A stretch of DNA of 64,000 nt from Mobula hypostoma (taxonomy: Eukaryota): assembly GCF_963921235.1 (NCBI RefSeq), contig NC_086097.1, forward strand, positions 6,944,001-7,008,000. The letters run 5' to 3'. This document shows, piece by piece, positions 34,676-48,742 of this stretch (position 1 is the first letter of the stretch; every line of letters begins with the position of its first letter). The translations under genes were made by a program, and so were the position numbers. Under the pieces are notes generated by a model. It did no database searches, had not been told where the DNA came from, and was given only the letters and a program-made list of their open reading frames with translations.

Positions 34676-37069
34676 GTGAGTTCATGAACTTGCATTTGTA
34701 GTTTACAACTTTATAGCTTGCTAAGATCTTTCAGGTTTCCTGTGGTTTGCAGAACAGTTCATTTACACGAGCTAACTACACCAAAAAGCAATGTGATAAT
34801 GTGCTTAATGTAAGCTAGTAGTTGGGGCATAAATAATGGCCAGCGTTCCAAGAGAACTCCAGTAAAAACCATACTATGAGATCTCTTAATGTGGGATATT
34901 TGAGTTCAGGTCTGGTATTTTTAACTATGAAAGGATCAACTTGCAATAGAGGAAATGAGGTGAGGGTTGATGAGCTTTGTTACTGGAATGGCAGGAATGA
35001 GAAGAGAGCCTATGTTCTCTTACTTTTAGAAGAATCGCTTGTGATCTTTTGGAAAAATACCAAATCCTTGCACAGCTTGACAGGGAAGATGCAAGGATGA
35101 TGCTTCTTCTAACTGGCTGTCTAGAGCCAAGGCATAACAATTTCAAATTAGGGGTTGGTTTTTTTAGGAAGAATTTTCTTTATCCAAAAGATGGTGAACT
35201 CTGCCATGGACAGTCCCAGGCCCAGCTGCAAAAGGAGGAAGTTTGGGCTTGGAGATAGCAAACCGCATCCCATAAAAATCCAGAGCTACAGAAACACCAA
35301 CAGAAGCTCCAAACATCTAATACCTGGGAGAGGAAGGATCTTCACCTAGAAGACATATTGAAGACATGCGGTGAAAGCAGAAGACACAGGGCAGATCAAA
35401 CCAGGATGGAGGACTTTGGCAAGCTACTGTCGGTGGCCCATGCTGCAGAGGGGTGATGGTTTAAGACCTCTCTACTCATATGGGCCATGGAAGTTCAGTT
35501 TCTCGGTGTATTCAAGACAGAAATCAATAGCTTTTCAGATTTTAAGGCAATCAGTGGATAAGGAGTTAGTGCAGGAAAGTGAAACTGAGGTGAAAGTTCA
35601 TCCATGATCTCAGTAAATGGTGTAACAGGCACCAAAGGGCTGAATGGTCCACATTTCTAATGTTCTTTATGTTAGGGCAGTTTGAGAAATATCTCACCCA
35701 AGAACATACTTCTCATACCACAGCACACCACCTGGCAGGATTTTGTACCTGAAACCACAGTTTTCAAAGCCAGCTTGTTTGTGGGGACACAAAATGACAA
35801 GCAAAACTACTTTCTTTAATGTCCACTCTCTATCTAGAAATAATGCTGTTGGATTCTTTCTTCCTATATTCTAAATTGACTCTTAGGGTAAGATATAATG
35901 ACATATAAGTACTTTGATGATAGATTTACTTTGCATTTTGAGCTATAAAAATGGTGTATTTATTTTTTTCCATTCCTACACCAGTTCTCTCCATTACACT
36001 GTTCATGTCTCCTGGTTTCTCTCCTTTCCCATCTATAGTTCTCTCTTTCTCTTTCTTTAATCTACACCCCTCACCCACAGATACTTCACCTGCAAAGCCA
36101 TTCTGTCCATCTCTCCACACAAATACTATTACCATCTTCCTCAGCCCTTGAATTGTGCAATTTCATCTACTCTGCTCTTTCTTCTTAAGCCCATCACACT
36201 GTACTAGAGCATAGACTGCTGAAAGCAACTTGCCAAAGTCCTCTGTCCTGGGCCGGTCTTTCATGTTTTCCCAGAAGTAGCTCATCTTCTTGGTGTATCT
36301 TTCCTCTCCCAGGGATGAGGTCTTTGGAGTTTCTGTTGACATTTCTGTAGTTCTGGGTTTTCACGGGATGGGTTTGCTAGTCCCACACCCAACTTCCCAC
36401 CTTTCGCAGCCTGGCTTGGGACCATCCATGGTGGAGTTCCATCTGCTCTGCACTCTACCCAATATGCTGCACTCCATTTCCACTGCTTTCACCTTCTCCA
36501 CTCTGGTAGATTGTGTCCACAGACCATTTTTGATGCTGCCAGTTGCTAACTAGAAACTTGGTTAATACTAAATATGATTTGTCATTGAAAACCTGGTGTG
36601 AGTGAGCCTTGAATTCTGATTGTCAGATAGATTATAATTCTGCAGTAGTGAGAATTTCTGATTGTACTTTAAACAAAAGTGTGTCTAAAACATAGCCAGT
36701 AGTGTCAGAAGCAACATTTACCTCAAATTAAACTTGTTTTCAGTACACAAACAATACAGAACATAGAAAACCTACAGCACAATGCAGGCCCTTCAGCCCA
36801 CAAATCTGTGCTGAACATGGCCTTACCTTAGAAATTACCTAGGGTTACCCACAGTCCTCTATTTTTCTAACCTCCAATATATCCCACAATTTTATGTTCC
36901 ATACACAAAATGCTGGAGGAACTCAGCAGGCCAGGCATCACCTATGGAAAAAAGCACAGTAGGTGTTTTGGGCTGAAACTCTTTGGCATTTTGTGTGTGT
37001 TGTTTGGATTTTCGGAATCTGCAGATTTTCCTCTAGTTTGTGATTTTATTTTTCATGTTTTTCTCTTTT

Positions 37070-37445
37070 AGGGAAAGGTTAAATAAGTTCAGACTTTATT
37101 CCCTTCAGTGTAAGAGAGTAAGGGAAGATTTGATAGAGGTATACAAAATTATGAGGAGATAGGGCAAATACAGCATGCTCTTTTCACAGAGGTTGGGTGA
37201 GGCTACAATTAGAGGTTATAGTTTAAGAGTTAAAGGTGAATCTTTAAGGGAAACATGAAGGGCAACTTCTTCACTCAGGGTGGTGAGTGTGGAACAAGCT
37301 GCCAGTGCAAATGATGGATACAGGTTTGATTTTATCATTTAAAAGAAATTGTGATAGCTATGGACAGGATGGGAGGGGTATGGAGGGCTATGGTCCAGGT
37401 GCTCATTGATGCCCAAAGGGGCTGCTTCTGTGTTCTATGACTCCG
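37070..37445 (+). mobile_element. CR1 3' fragment
   Basis: Degraded homolog of 18765-19222. Confidence 0.8.
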
Positions 37446-38604
37446 TGACACTTTACTGTAATATCCTCTGAGGACAAATTTTATCGACAGAAAATGGTTG
37501 CAGCCAGCATTTCCAATTGATCCAAAAGACAACATTCTTGGATAACACTCCCTCAGGACATTAAGTAAATAGAGTCTACTAGATCAAGCTATGAGCATCT
37601 TGTCCATATTAAATGGCTGGTATCCTGTCATCCCTCACTTTCACGTCCTGGATATGTTGAATTAACATTTGGTTGGGTTCTTAATATAGCTGAGTCCTGA
37701 AGACAGGTCTTGGCCTGAGACATCGACTGTTTATTCATTTTCATAGATGCTGCCTGGCCTGCTGAGCTCTTCCAGCATTTTGTGTGTGTTGCTTTAGCTG
37801 ACTGCTGTTTGCATTGAGAGTGTACTTTGCCTACTAAATAACGTGTTTAAGTTCCCATACCATGTTGATTGGACTGTTAGTCCAAGTGATATATTTTCAA
37901 ATAATTTCAGGTCATATTTGTTAATTCCAAGTCAATAATTCATTTACAATTTGATCAGCTTTACAGGATTTTAATAAATATTTCAGCAAAATTAGCATGA
38001 AGATGGAATAACGTAGCACTTGGAACATGCCAGTACATTTACCAGTTCTACACAGTAGTGATTATTAAGCAGTTTTACAACCAAGTCACAAGCAACGCTC
38101 TTTGGATTGATAGGCAAAAGCTTGGTCAAAGAGATTTTCAAAGATGGATAGAGAAATATTCCATCATCTATCCTGAGGGATATACTGACAGGTAGAAAAT
38201 TACAATGTTTCAGGAACAGCTTCGTCGTCCTCTCCACCTTCAGTTCTCTGAATGGACAATAAACCCATGAACACTACCTCGCTATTTTTTTTGCCTCTCT
38301 TTTTTGCACTACATATTTAATTTTTTGTATATGTTTCTTAATGTAATTTATATTTTTTGTTCTTATGTATCGCAATAAACTGCTGCAGTAAGACAACAAA
38401 TTTCACAACTTGCTCCTTTTTCTGGTGTTTTTTGGGCAGCTTTGAATCAGGGTGGCGTGCAGAACATAGAACATTGAATAGTACAGCACATTACAGGCCC
38501 TTCAGCCCACAATGTTGTGCCAACCCTCAAACCCTGCTTCACATATAACCCCCCACCTTAAATTCCTATGAACAGATGATGAACACCGTGCTGAACTCTT
38601 GTGC

Positions 38605-40260
38605 ACACACAAAATGCTGGAGGAACTCAGCAGGCCAGGCAGCATCTGTGGAAAAGAATACAGTGAACATTTCGGGCCGAGGCCCTTCAGCAGGACTGGA
38701 GAACATCAGCTGAGGAGTAGAGTTAAAAGGTGGGGGAGGGGAGAGAGAAACTCAAGGTGATAGGTGAAACCAGGAGGGGGAAGTTAAGAGCTGGGAAGTT
38801 GATTGGCAAAAGAGATACATGGCTGGAGAGGGGGAAATTTGATTGGAGAGGACAGAAGGCCATGGAAGAACGAAAAGGGGGAGGAGCACCAGAGGGAGGC
38901 AATAGGCAGGCAAGGAGATAAGGTGAGAGAAGGAAAAGGGAATGGTGAAGGGGGAGTGGCCATTACTGGAAGTTCGAGAAATCAATGCTCATGCCATCAG
39001 GTTGGAGGCTACCCGGATGGAATATAAGGTGTTGTTCCTCCAACCTGAGAGTGGCCTCTTCGCGACAGTAGAGGAGGCCATGAATTGACATATTGGAATG
39101 GGGAATGCCCACCCCTTTCTTCCCTGGCCTTCTGTCCTCTCCTATTAGATTACCCCCCCCCACCCTTCTCCAACCCTGTATCTCTATCACCAATCAACTT
39201 AGACCATAAGACACAGGAGCAGAATTAGGCCATCTGGCCTATCAAGTCTGCTCTGCCATTTAATCATGGCTGATCCTTCCTTTCTTAATCTCCTCCTCAA
39301 ACCCATTTCCTGGCCTTCTCCCTGTAACCGTTGATGCCATGTTCAGTTAAGAACCTATCAATCTCTGCCTTAAATACACCCAATGACCTGGCCTCCACAG
39401 CTGCATCTGGCAACAAATTCCACAAGTTCACCACCCTTTGGCTAAAGAAATTCCTCTGCATCCCTGTTTTGGAAGGGCGCACCTCTATCCTGAGGTTGTA
39501 CCCTCTTGTCCTAGACTCTCCCACCATGGGAAACATCCTTGCCAGATCTACTCTGTCTAGGCCTTTCAACATTCAAAAAGGTTTCAATGCGTTCCCCCCC
39601 CCCCCCACATCCTTCTGAATTCCAGAAGGATCCTCTCCAACCCCAGCACATCTTTTCTAAGATGAGGAGCCCAAAACTGGTCACAATACCCAAGGTAAGG
39701 CCTCACCAGTGCCTCATAAAGCCTCAGTATCACATCCTTGCTCTTGTATTCTAGACTTCTTGAAATGAATGCTAAAATGGCATTTGCCTTCCTCACCACC
39801 AACTTAACCTGCAAGTTAACCTTTAGGGTGTTCTGTACAAGGACTCCCAAGTCCCTTTGCATCTCAGATTTTTGGATTTTCTCCCTGTTTAGAAAATTGT
39901 CTGCACATTTAATTCTACTACCAAAGTGCATGACCATTCATTTTCCAACATTGTGTTTCATTTCCACTTTCTTGCCCATTCTCCTCAAGTCCTTCTGCAG
40001 CCTAACTGTTTCCGCCCTTCCAGTAATCTTCTCAGCTCTTTACTTCACTCCCCCACCCACAGTTTTAGCTATCACCTTGTGTTTCTCTCTCTCTACTCCC
40101 CCACCTTTTAACTCTACTCAACTTTTTTTCTTCAATCCTGCTGAAGGGTTTCGGCTAGAAATGTTGACTGTACTCTTTCCATAGATGCTGCCTGGCTGCC
40201 GAGTTCCTCCAGCTTTTTGTGTCTGTTGCTTAGATTTCCAGCATCTGCAGATTTTCTCTT
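38605..40260. mobile_element. Penelope-like element with inverted arms (38605-39100 minus; 39105-39200 plus 40030-40260 plus), split by a CR1
   Basis: GIY-YIG C-terminus NMSIHGLLYC..RLEEQHLIF..LQPDGMSIDFSNFQ; the right arm is the reverse complement of the 38605-38880 3' UTR/pLTR. Confidence 0.85.
39200..40025 (-). mobile_element. CR1 3' fragment
   Basis: QRDLGVLVQ..KANAILAFISR..LYEALVRPYL..FWAPHLRKD; closely similar to 58170-58790. Confidence 0.9.
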
Positions 40261-43200
40261 CTTTGTGAGTGGATATTCTGATTCTGATTTCAAGGTCTGA
40301 TACCATAGCTGAAAGTCTATATAGCTGAAGACAAATGGCTACTAATATGATCAGAGAAATAAGCAAGTGCTGGAATCTAGATAGAGGCATTTCAATAATC
40401 ATCATTTTGCTTTCCTCTTGCCCCATCACTAAAAAAAGGTACAAATTGCCTACCTTAGCCTGTTGCCTGTACATTAAATCACACAGAAGCAGAAATATGA
40501 AGCTTTACTATAAAAATTGTCAGAAGTTGAAAGAAACTCTCATCAAAGCAGCCATTAATTAGAGTGAGAAGCACAGCATCGAGAGTAATTTGCATTTCTG
40601 TGACAGTCTTTAGATCAAAAGAAAAAAATGCATGAGAGTACAGGTTTGAGGGAAAGACAGCATACAGAAAGACGGAGCTGGGGGGCTGGAGAAGGGAGGG
40701 AAACAGATTCTGAACCACAGGCGTCACCGTAGCATAGCAGCTAGGGTGACGCTATTATAGCTCGCGGCTTTCTGGAGTTCGGAGTTCAATGCTAGCGCCC
40801 TCTGTAACAAGGTTGTATGTCCTCCCCATGGAATGCGTGGGTTTCCCCGGGTGTTCCGGTTTCCTCCCATTGTCCCGAGGCATACCAGGTAGCTTAACTG
40901 GTCATCGTTAATCGTCCTGTGATAGTAAGGATTAGATTATTGGGAGTTTGCGGCGCGGTGAGGCTCAAAGGCAGGAAGGCGCTACTTCATGCTGTAGCAC
41001 TAAATAAAATAAATTCTCCTGGGTTCAGCTGAAGAACGAGGTTTTTAGTTGGGGCTTGATAGACTGCATGGAAGTTGAGAGATTTAGGAAGAGATTTACT
41101 GTTAGCACAGTCATACTGGGTGGAAAATAGCTGCAGAAAGTTGTAAACTCATTCAGCTCCATCATGGGCACAGGCCTCTCCAGCATCAAGGGCACCTTCA
41201 AAAGCCCTTGCCCCAAAAAGGTAGCATCCACCATTAAGGGTTCCCATCACCCAGAACATGCCCTCTTCTCATTGTTACCATCAAGGAACCTGAAGACACA
41301 CACTCAATGCTTCTGGAACAACTTCTTCCCCTCCGCCATCAGATTTCGGAATGGATAATCAACTCATGAACACTACCTCAATATTTTTTCCCTCTTGTTT
41401 TGCACTGGTATAATTTGATTTTCTTTATTCATATACACAAATGAATAAATAAATTTAAAAGATATATATATACATATATACTTCTTATCTCAATTTTTAA
41501 AATTGTTATCTTTAACAATGCACTGCTGCCATAAAACAACAAATTCCACGACATATGCCACTGATATTAAACCTGATTCTGATTTTGAAGATATGATGGT
41601 CGTTGGAGTGGAATAAGGTGCCAAAATGTGCTGACTTTAAGGTAGATGCAATTTTGTCTTTAGCTGTGAGTTTTCAATTTGGCCAAATTAGATTTAACAT
41701 TACTTCTGACATACCATTTAAGAAAACATGTTATTGAATATGGATATTGTTATGTTACAGTGCAGTGATGGAAAATATTGAAAGTTATGTATGGACTCAA
41801 TGATAGCTTCTGGTTCTCTATGTCATTAATCATAATAATAATAATAATAATAATATATTTAAAAGACCTTTACAATGAATGAATATCTCAGCAACCTGCA
41901 ACTCAGAATCAATGTTGTCACAAACTCAAGAGATTCTACAGATTTTGGAAATCCAGAGTTACAGATACAAAATGCAAAGGAACTCAGCAGGTCAGACAGC
42001 ATCTACACAAATGAATAAACAGTTGATGTTTTGGGTCTAGACCCCTCTGTTCCTTTATTTTGTTTTGAGGTACAGTGTGAAACAGGCTCTTCCAGCCCTT
42101 GGAGTAGTGCCACCAGCAACCCACTGATTTAACCCTAGCCTGATCACGAGATAATCTACAATGACCAATTAACCTATTAACTGGTACATTTTTGGACTGA
42201 GGGAGGAAACTGGAGCACCCAGAGGAAATCCACACACAAATGAAAAGGAAGGTACAATCTTGCTTAATGAGGACACTGGAACTGAACTCCATCCTCTTAC
42301 GCTCTGACTGTAATAGTGTTGCGCTAACTGCTACGAAGGGTCTTGACATGAAATGTTGACTATAATAATTTCCATAGATAGTGCCTGACCAGCAGACTAT
42401 CACTGTTGTCAGTTGTCTGTTTTATCAGGTCAGTCACTTTACTCTTGATACAGATTTTTTTGTTTAAAGCTTAAAGCTAAACGGAAGGGATTACCATCAC
42501 TGTTTCAATCTAATAGTGCTGTTAATATTGCTCATTCTTTACCCACTGCTCATTTTACACCCTGGTTTCACATTTCCTTTTATATTTCTGCTCACAATGT
42601 CAGTATAATCGGCTACCTCTCTCGGTGTAACTGAAGTTCATTGGATTGTAGAAATAGGGTGGATCTGTTATTGATGTTGTAGTCAGTGTGCACTTCACAA
42701 CGAAATAACAGGCTTCAAAATTGCAAACTTCTTTCCCTTCATACTCCCTTGCTAACTGGCAGTTTATTGCTTAGGATACTCTGACAATATACTAATCTGG
42801 AAAGTTTCTGGCCTTCCAATTTTGCGGTGCAAACTTCAGCATGAAAAGGCAAGGTATTTGGAGCAAATTCTGTAGCTCCTTAAAACGAAATTCAAATTGG
42901 CTAACCCTTCTTTAAATATTGAACAGTGATTTCTCTGAATATGTTAAATATTTGTAAACTTTTATAGTGTTCATTGTTGTTCCTCTCTGCGTTTTGTGGC
43001 TCATCAGGCAGAAACCTTGCTGTTTCTTTGTCATTTTTACGAGGCCCAGTTGCTAGCTCGATGCTCAACCCAGCACGGATGAAATGTGTGCAAGGAGGTG
43101 GACAGATTTGAACTGGCGACCAACCACCTCGAAGTTCAGTGCAGATACCAGTACATCACTGGCCGGCACATAGAAACTTATATATACATAATTTAATTTT

Positions 43201-43619
43201 GATGTCTTAAATGCACAGTTAGTGTGGAGTTCAGAGTCAGAATCAGGTTTATTATCACTGGCGTGTATCCTGAAATTTGTTAACAGCAGCAGTTCAATGC
43301 AATACATAATATAGAAGAAAAGAAACAAAATAAAATAAAAATAATAATAAATAAATAAATAAATAAATCTATTACAGTATACGTATATTGAATAGATTAG
43401 AAATCGTGCATAAAAAACAGAAATAATATATATTTAAAAAATGAGGTCATATCCAAAGATTCAATGTCCATTTAGGAATTGGATGGTAGAGGGGAAGGAG
43501 CTGTCCCTGAATCACTGAGTGTGTGCTTTCAGGCTTCTGTACTTCCTACCTGATGGTAGCAGTGAGAAAAGAGCATGCCTTTTTACTTCGTGACCTCTTT
43601 TCACAATAGTGTAAGGAAT

Positions 43620-43988
43620 TTGGGTGGCGGGGGGAGATATTTCTCCACCAAACAAGATGTAAGGCAATTCTTCTCTCCGCTAGCCTGCAGTTCTCCCTTG
43701 GGGCAAAGTGTAGACCTGCTTATCCCTGGACCAGGGTCACGTAAAACTATGGGAGCATGTGGCGGATGGCCGTCTGAGCAGCTGGTGCATATCACAATTC
43801 CTGGTTAGGTGACCACTGACGCCAGGCAGACAATCTTTGAAGGGTATTGATAATTGCTGGGGTCACCCATCTTACGCTGCCCAGAAGAAGGCAATGGCAA
43901 ACCACTTCTGTAGAAGAATTTGACAAGAACAGTCATAGTCATAGACCATGCATTGTCCATGTCATATGACATGGCACGTAATGATGAT
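43620..43988 (+). mobile_element. RTE/BovB-related short element (second copy at ~46883-47255)
   Basis: Two collinear copies with GAAGGCAATGGCAAACCACTTCTGTA (BovB/Bov-A-like motif) and an (ATG/AAT)n tail. Confidence 0.7.
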
Positions 43989-44618
43989 ACTGTCAGGAAT
44001 TTGTACGCTCTTCTCATGACAATGGGGGTTTTCTCTGGTGCTCCAATTTCCTCCCACATTCCAAAGACGTACAGATTAGTAAGTGAATTGGTCACATGGG
44101 TGCAACTGTGTGTCGCAGTCTCGTTGATCCGGAAGGGTCTGTTACTGTGCTGTATCTCAAAATCTACACACAAATTAGCAATAATCTCTTAAGATATAAA
44201 TAATGGTACTCTTATTTTTTTCATTATAATTGCTTTTCCAAATGTAAAGGTTAATTTGCCATGCAGCAGTTGAATGATTCACAGCAGATGAAATCTGTTA
44301 CAGCACATCGCTAATGAAGGCTATTGAACAGTGTGTTATTTTATAAACTACAGCATCTCCCACTGCATTGATCAATAGAAGAGTCAAAGGAGATGCTGTT
44401 TACTCAGTGATCCACTAAACTTGAAAAACTTCTTAGCATGTAACCGGATAACTGTTTGTGTCCTTTTTCCAAAACGTTAGTTACCCGCAGTTTCTCAGCA
44501 CTTGCTGTTTGCTTCAGAGTGTTTATCTCCAAGTTTGAGTTTATTGTCATCTGAATGTACATAAATACAACCAAATGAAACAATGTTTCTCCAGACCACA
44601 GTGCACCCACAAAACATA

Positions 44619-46180
44619 CGTAACCCTCTGACTGGGACTTGCATACAAACTTGGCTTGTTAGCTAACTCTGCTAACAGCCAAGTGACTCAGCAGAGAGAA
44701 GGTCACCTTTCATGAACAATATATATCTAGGATTGGTATGATTTGGGGTTTGGCCTGAGAGGAACATCGGGAATTCTGACCAAAGGAACGTTGATCTGAG
44801 TGAACGTTGTGTAAATACTACCCATACACGATTATTGGTCGGCAAAAAATAACAGATCGTACACTGCATAAAATTATAAAGAAAATATATTTACCCATTT
44901 CAGCTTTATCAAACAGTTAATAGGAAAGAGAAAAAAAGTCAAGTCAAGTGAAATCACTTTTTATTGTCATTTCGACCATGACTGCTGCTTTACACAGTAA
45001 AAACGAGACCACGTTTTTCAGGGCCATGGTGCTACATGAAACAATACAAAAACTACACTGAACTATGTAAAACAATGCAAAAACCACACTAGATTACAGA
45101 CCTACCCAGGACTGCATAAAGTACACAGAACAGTGCAGGCATTACAATAAATGATAAACAAGACAATAGGCACAGCAGAGGGCAGTAGGTTTGTAGTCCG
45201 ATGGCTTGGGGCAAAAACTGTTACATAAATAAACAGCTGAATGGCGGTGTCCAGGATTCCGTCCGTTTCTGTACTCCTGCCGAGTAATTCGTTGGAGTTG
45301 GATGCAGTCCAATTTAATGTCCATTGGAGAGCAGAATGGACGGGAGAGCTGGCTGGCTAGGGCTTGCTTTTTTCCTGGCACGGACTCCTGCCCGCTCGCC
45401 CCGCTTCCACTTCTTCACACACCGCCTACGACGTCCCCACCTCCAGCCACCGGCATCAGGCGTCTCCGAGGACTGCGGGCCTGATTCCCTCAGCAAGCCG
45501 AGGTCGCGCAATTTAACCAGCAGATCTTCATGAAGGTTTGTTTTTGGGCGATCTCTGTATTGTAGCAGTATCTGGCGATGGTAGATAGTCGCTCTGTTAT
45601 CCATTGCCCTAAACCCTAATTGTGCCTTAAAATTAAATTAAAAAACTAAATTAAAGTAGCACCAGATCCGAAAGGCCGCTGCTGTCGTGCCTCGTCGCCT
45701 GCTGGGTCTCAATGGGCCCGTTATAGTTAAACCAGTCTAGATGTGCACATAAACATTGGAGCTCATTTCGGTCGTGCCTGGGTGGGTGTACTGCTTTATT
45801 CACAGTGCTGAATTCTCATCACCAATCACAGGTAGAGCTTCCCTTCTTGAACCTCTTTGTCTTGTGAATCACTCCTTGCATTATGGTTTTCCCTTTGGAT
45901 AGAATCCTCAAGGCATCTTGCCTGATCCTCTCCTCTCTGCATCTCCCGCCAACAGAGCACAAACCCCACCACTGACCGTCAGAAGTCACCCTCCAGCCAG
46001 CTCTCTCTAGAACCTTCTCTCCATCCCACCATCCTGATTGGCTGACACGGGATAACATGGCTCCTTATCTTTAGCCAAAACCAAAACACTCTTACCAGCA
46101 GGTAACACTGTTTTTACAGATAACTGATAAAATAAAACACCTCACAGCATAGCAGTAGAAACCTTAACTGAGGCATTACA
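44619..46180. mobile_element. Probable solo LTR (~800 bp) split by a Rex1 derivative
   Basis: (C/T)GTAA...TTACA termini; 4-bp TSD CATA (44615-44618 and 46181-46184); interrupts a LINE tail that resumes at 46181. Confidence 0.6.
44937..45704 (-). mobile_element. Bipartite non-autonomous Rex1/Babar-type LINE, copy 1
   Basis: 5' UTR plus ORF start (..KRGERAGVRAR..PALPSILLSN..KLDCIQLQR) joined at ~45234 to the ORF end (LCNSFCP..AIGL), 3' UTR and (TTGAC)n tail. Confidence 0.8.
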
Positions 46181-48199
46181 CATATATCACACATGTCACA
46201 TAAAACAAAATATTGCCATGAATAAGTTAATAAAAAATAATTTAAAACACGTGCAGTGTGCAGCACGGGTAAATAGTAAACTGAACAATGTCCCACTGAT
46301 GAGACTTCGGTGGGGCTGGGGTATCCATTAGTCTCACAGCTTGAGCGATAAAACTATCATCTGGACTGGCAGTCCTAGTCCTGGTGCTCCTGGACCTCCT
46401 TCCTGATGGTTGCGGGATAGGTGGTAGGAATCCTCAACAATGCTTTGGGTCCTTTGTCGACCACACGCTCGGTAAATGTCACAAGTAGGGGTGACAAAGA
46501 CCCCAGTGATCCTCTCAGCAGATTTTGCTATCCTTCATCATTTAACATGAAACTTTCTGGAACTTTCCATCTCTCAATTATATTTTCATAGCCTGAGTTT
46601 CTTTCTTTTCTGTTTCCTTTCCGTTCCATTTCTCTGTTGATAAACACAAATACCCACTTTCTCTTATATTTCTTTAACTAGTTGTAGAGTCATAGAAAAG
46701 TACAGCACAGAGGTAGGCCCTTCAGCCCATCTGGTCTGTGATGAACCATTTAACCTGCCTACTCCCTTAGTCCTCCATACCCTCACCAGTGTTATTTGAA
46801 GGAATCATTAACCACTTGCAGGTAGTCACTAATTGATTCCCACTTGTAGTTCAGACTTAATTTATTAGCAAAGTACATCCATGTGGTGGGGTGGGGATAC
46901 GTCTCTACCAAAGGAGGTGTAAGGCACTCCCTCCCTCCCAGTAACCTACAGGTCAGCCTTGGTCAAGGTGTAGAACCTACTTAGCTCCCCCGATCAGGAT
47001 GACATGAAGCCATAGGACCAGGTGGTGGATGGTTGTATGAGCAGCTGGTGCATATCACAAGTCCTGGTTATGTGACCACTGGTGCCAGGCAGACAATCTG
47101 AAGAGTATTGATAATGGCTATGGTCACCCATCTTGTAAAGACACTGCCTAGAAAAAGGCAATAGCAAATCACTTCTGTAGGAAAACTTGCAAAAAACAAT
47201 CATGATTATGGAGACCGTGATTGCCTACGTCATACGACACAGCACATAATAATGACGAGGATCATTAGATGCTGCTTGACCTGTTGAGTTCCTCCAGAAT
47301 TTTGAGTGTGTTGCATTTTATAAAAGGAATTGTGCTTCTATGAAAAAATCAGCACCCACTGTGTGTTTGTACCAACTATGATGCCAATCTAACTGGTTCC
47401 ATCTACTTGTAGATGGTGTGTATTTCATCTGTACTCCGCTATACATGTGTCTGTCTGAGGTCTGAGTGCCTTCTAAGCATTGCTATCGTATTTGGGTCTA
47501 TCACCTTCTCTTCTGCATTTCTACCGCTCTCTGTATAAAATAAACTTGCCCCGTAGATATCCTTTAGATGTTTCCCCTCTGATCTTAAAGTTATTCCCTC
47601 TAGTACTTGGCACGATAAAAAGACTTCTATGCCTCTGTAAATTGTATATGATTCTATCAGGTCTCTTCTCACCCTCAGATGTTCCAGAGAAAACAATCCA
47701 AGTTAGTCTAACTTCTTAGAGTTAATACACTCTAACCCAGACCACATCCTGTTGAACTTCTTCTGCACTCTCTTCAAAGCTTCTAGATTCTTTTTGTAAA
47801 GGGGCGAACAGAATAATAATCCAAATGTGGCTTAACTAAAGTTTTTCACAGCTGCAACTGGACTTTTGGACCTTTATATTCAATGTTCTGACCGATGCTG
47901 CATGTTTTCTTTACCACCCTGTCTATATACAGAATGTTGCCAATGTCATAGTTATAGACTCACATCCCAAGATTTCTGCTCCTTTATTTTATGGTCTTAT
48001 AGCCTTATTTCCCCCTGCATCAATGTTCCTAAAGGCTCTGTGATTCGCTATTGCAAATACTCCCAAAATGCAACACCTCACACTCATCTGTATTAAATTA
48101 GAATTTCTCTTCAAGTTTCCTACTGATACAGTATTAGTATTGCAATGACTTCAGACAAGTCTGATGTTCTCCAAAGCAATTATTCACTTAATGCAAATG

Positions 48200-48742
48200 A
48201 CCTGTGCGTGACTGTGTTTCACGAGGGGAGGCTGATGCATGGGCAGACACCACACGGTCCTTGACAGATCGGGGTCAAGGTCGAGTGGCGTGGAATGCAA
48301 GACGACTGCAGCAGCCTTTCTCTGCCGTCACTGCTGTTGTGCTGCGCCATCAGCTAACGCCAGCGCCACCACGGAGGTCGTGGTTGGATCCTTAGAAACT
48401 TAGAAGCAACAGAAATGTGGTTTCTTAGAAGAATGCTGAAAATATCATAGAGATAGGGTAACTAATGAGACAGTACTCCAACGCGCCCATACAAAAAGAT
48501 CTTTAATGAGAACATTAAATGAGAGGAAACTTAAATTCCTGGGCCATGTCATCAGAAATGGAGGAATAGAATGCCTGGAAAACATGGAAGAGGAAGGCAA
48601 AGAAGAAAATATATGGACACTGTGGAAGAACTAACAGATCTAAGTGTGCGAGATATCATTGATGCTGCGAGCGATTGTTCGATGTGGAGAGCCATGATTG
48701 CCCAGGCATGTAACATGCAAGGCACATGAAGAAGAAGAAGAT
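48200..48742 (+). mobile_element. RTE-clade LINE 3' fragment
   Basis: From ~48400: LEATEMWFLRRMLKIS..RVTNETVLQR..RKLKFLGHVIR..GRGRQR; (GAA)n tail. The upstream ~190 bp may be a fused 5' part. Confidence 0.8.

Noticed and set aside
40726..40800. tRNA-like A/B-box sequence
   Set aside because: It is the degenerate head of a V-SINE, not a tRNA gene.
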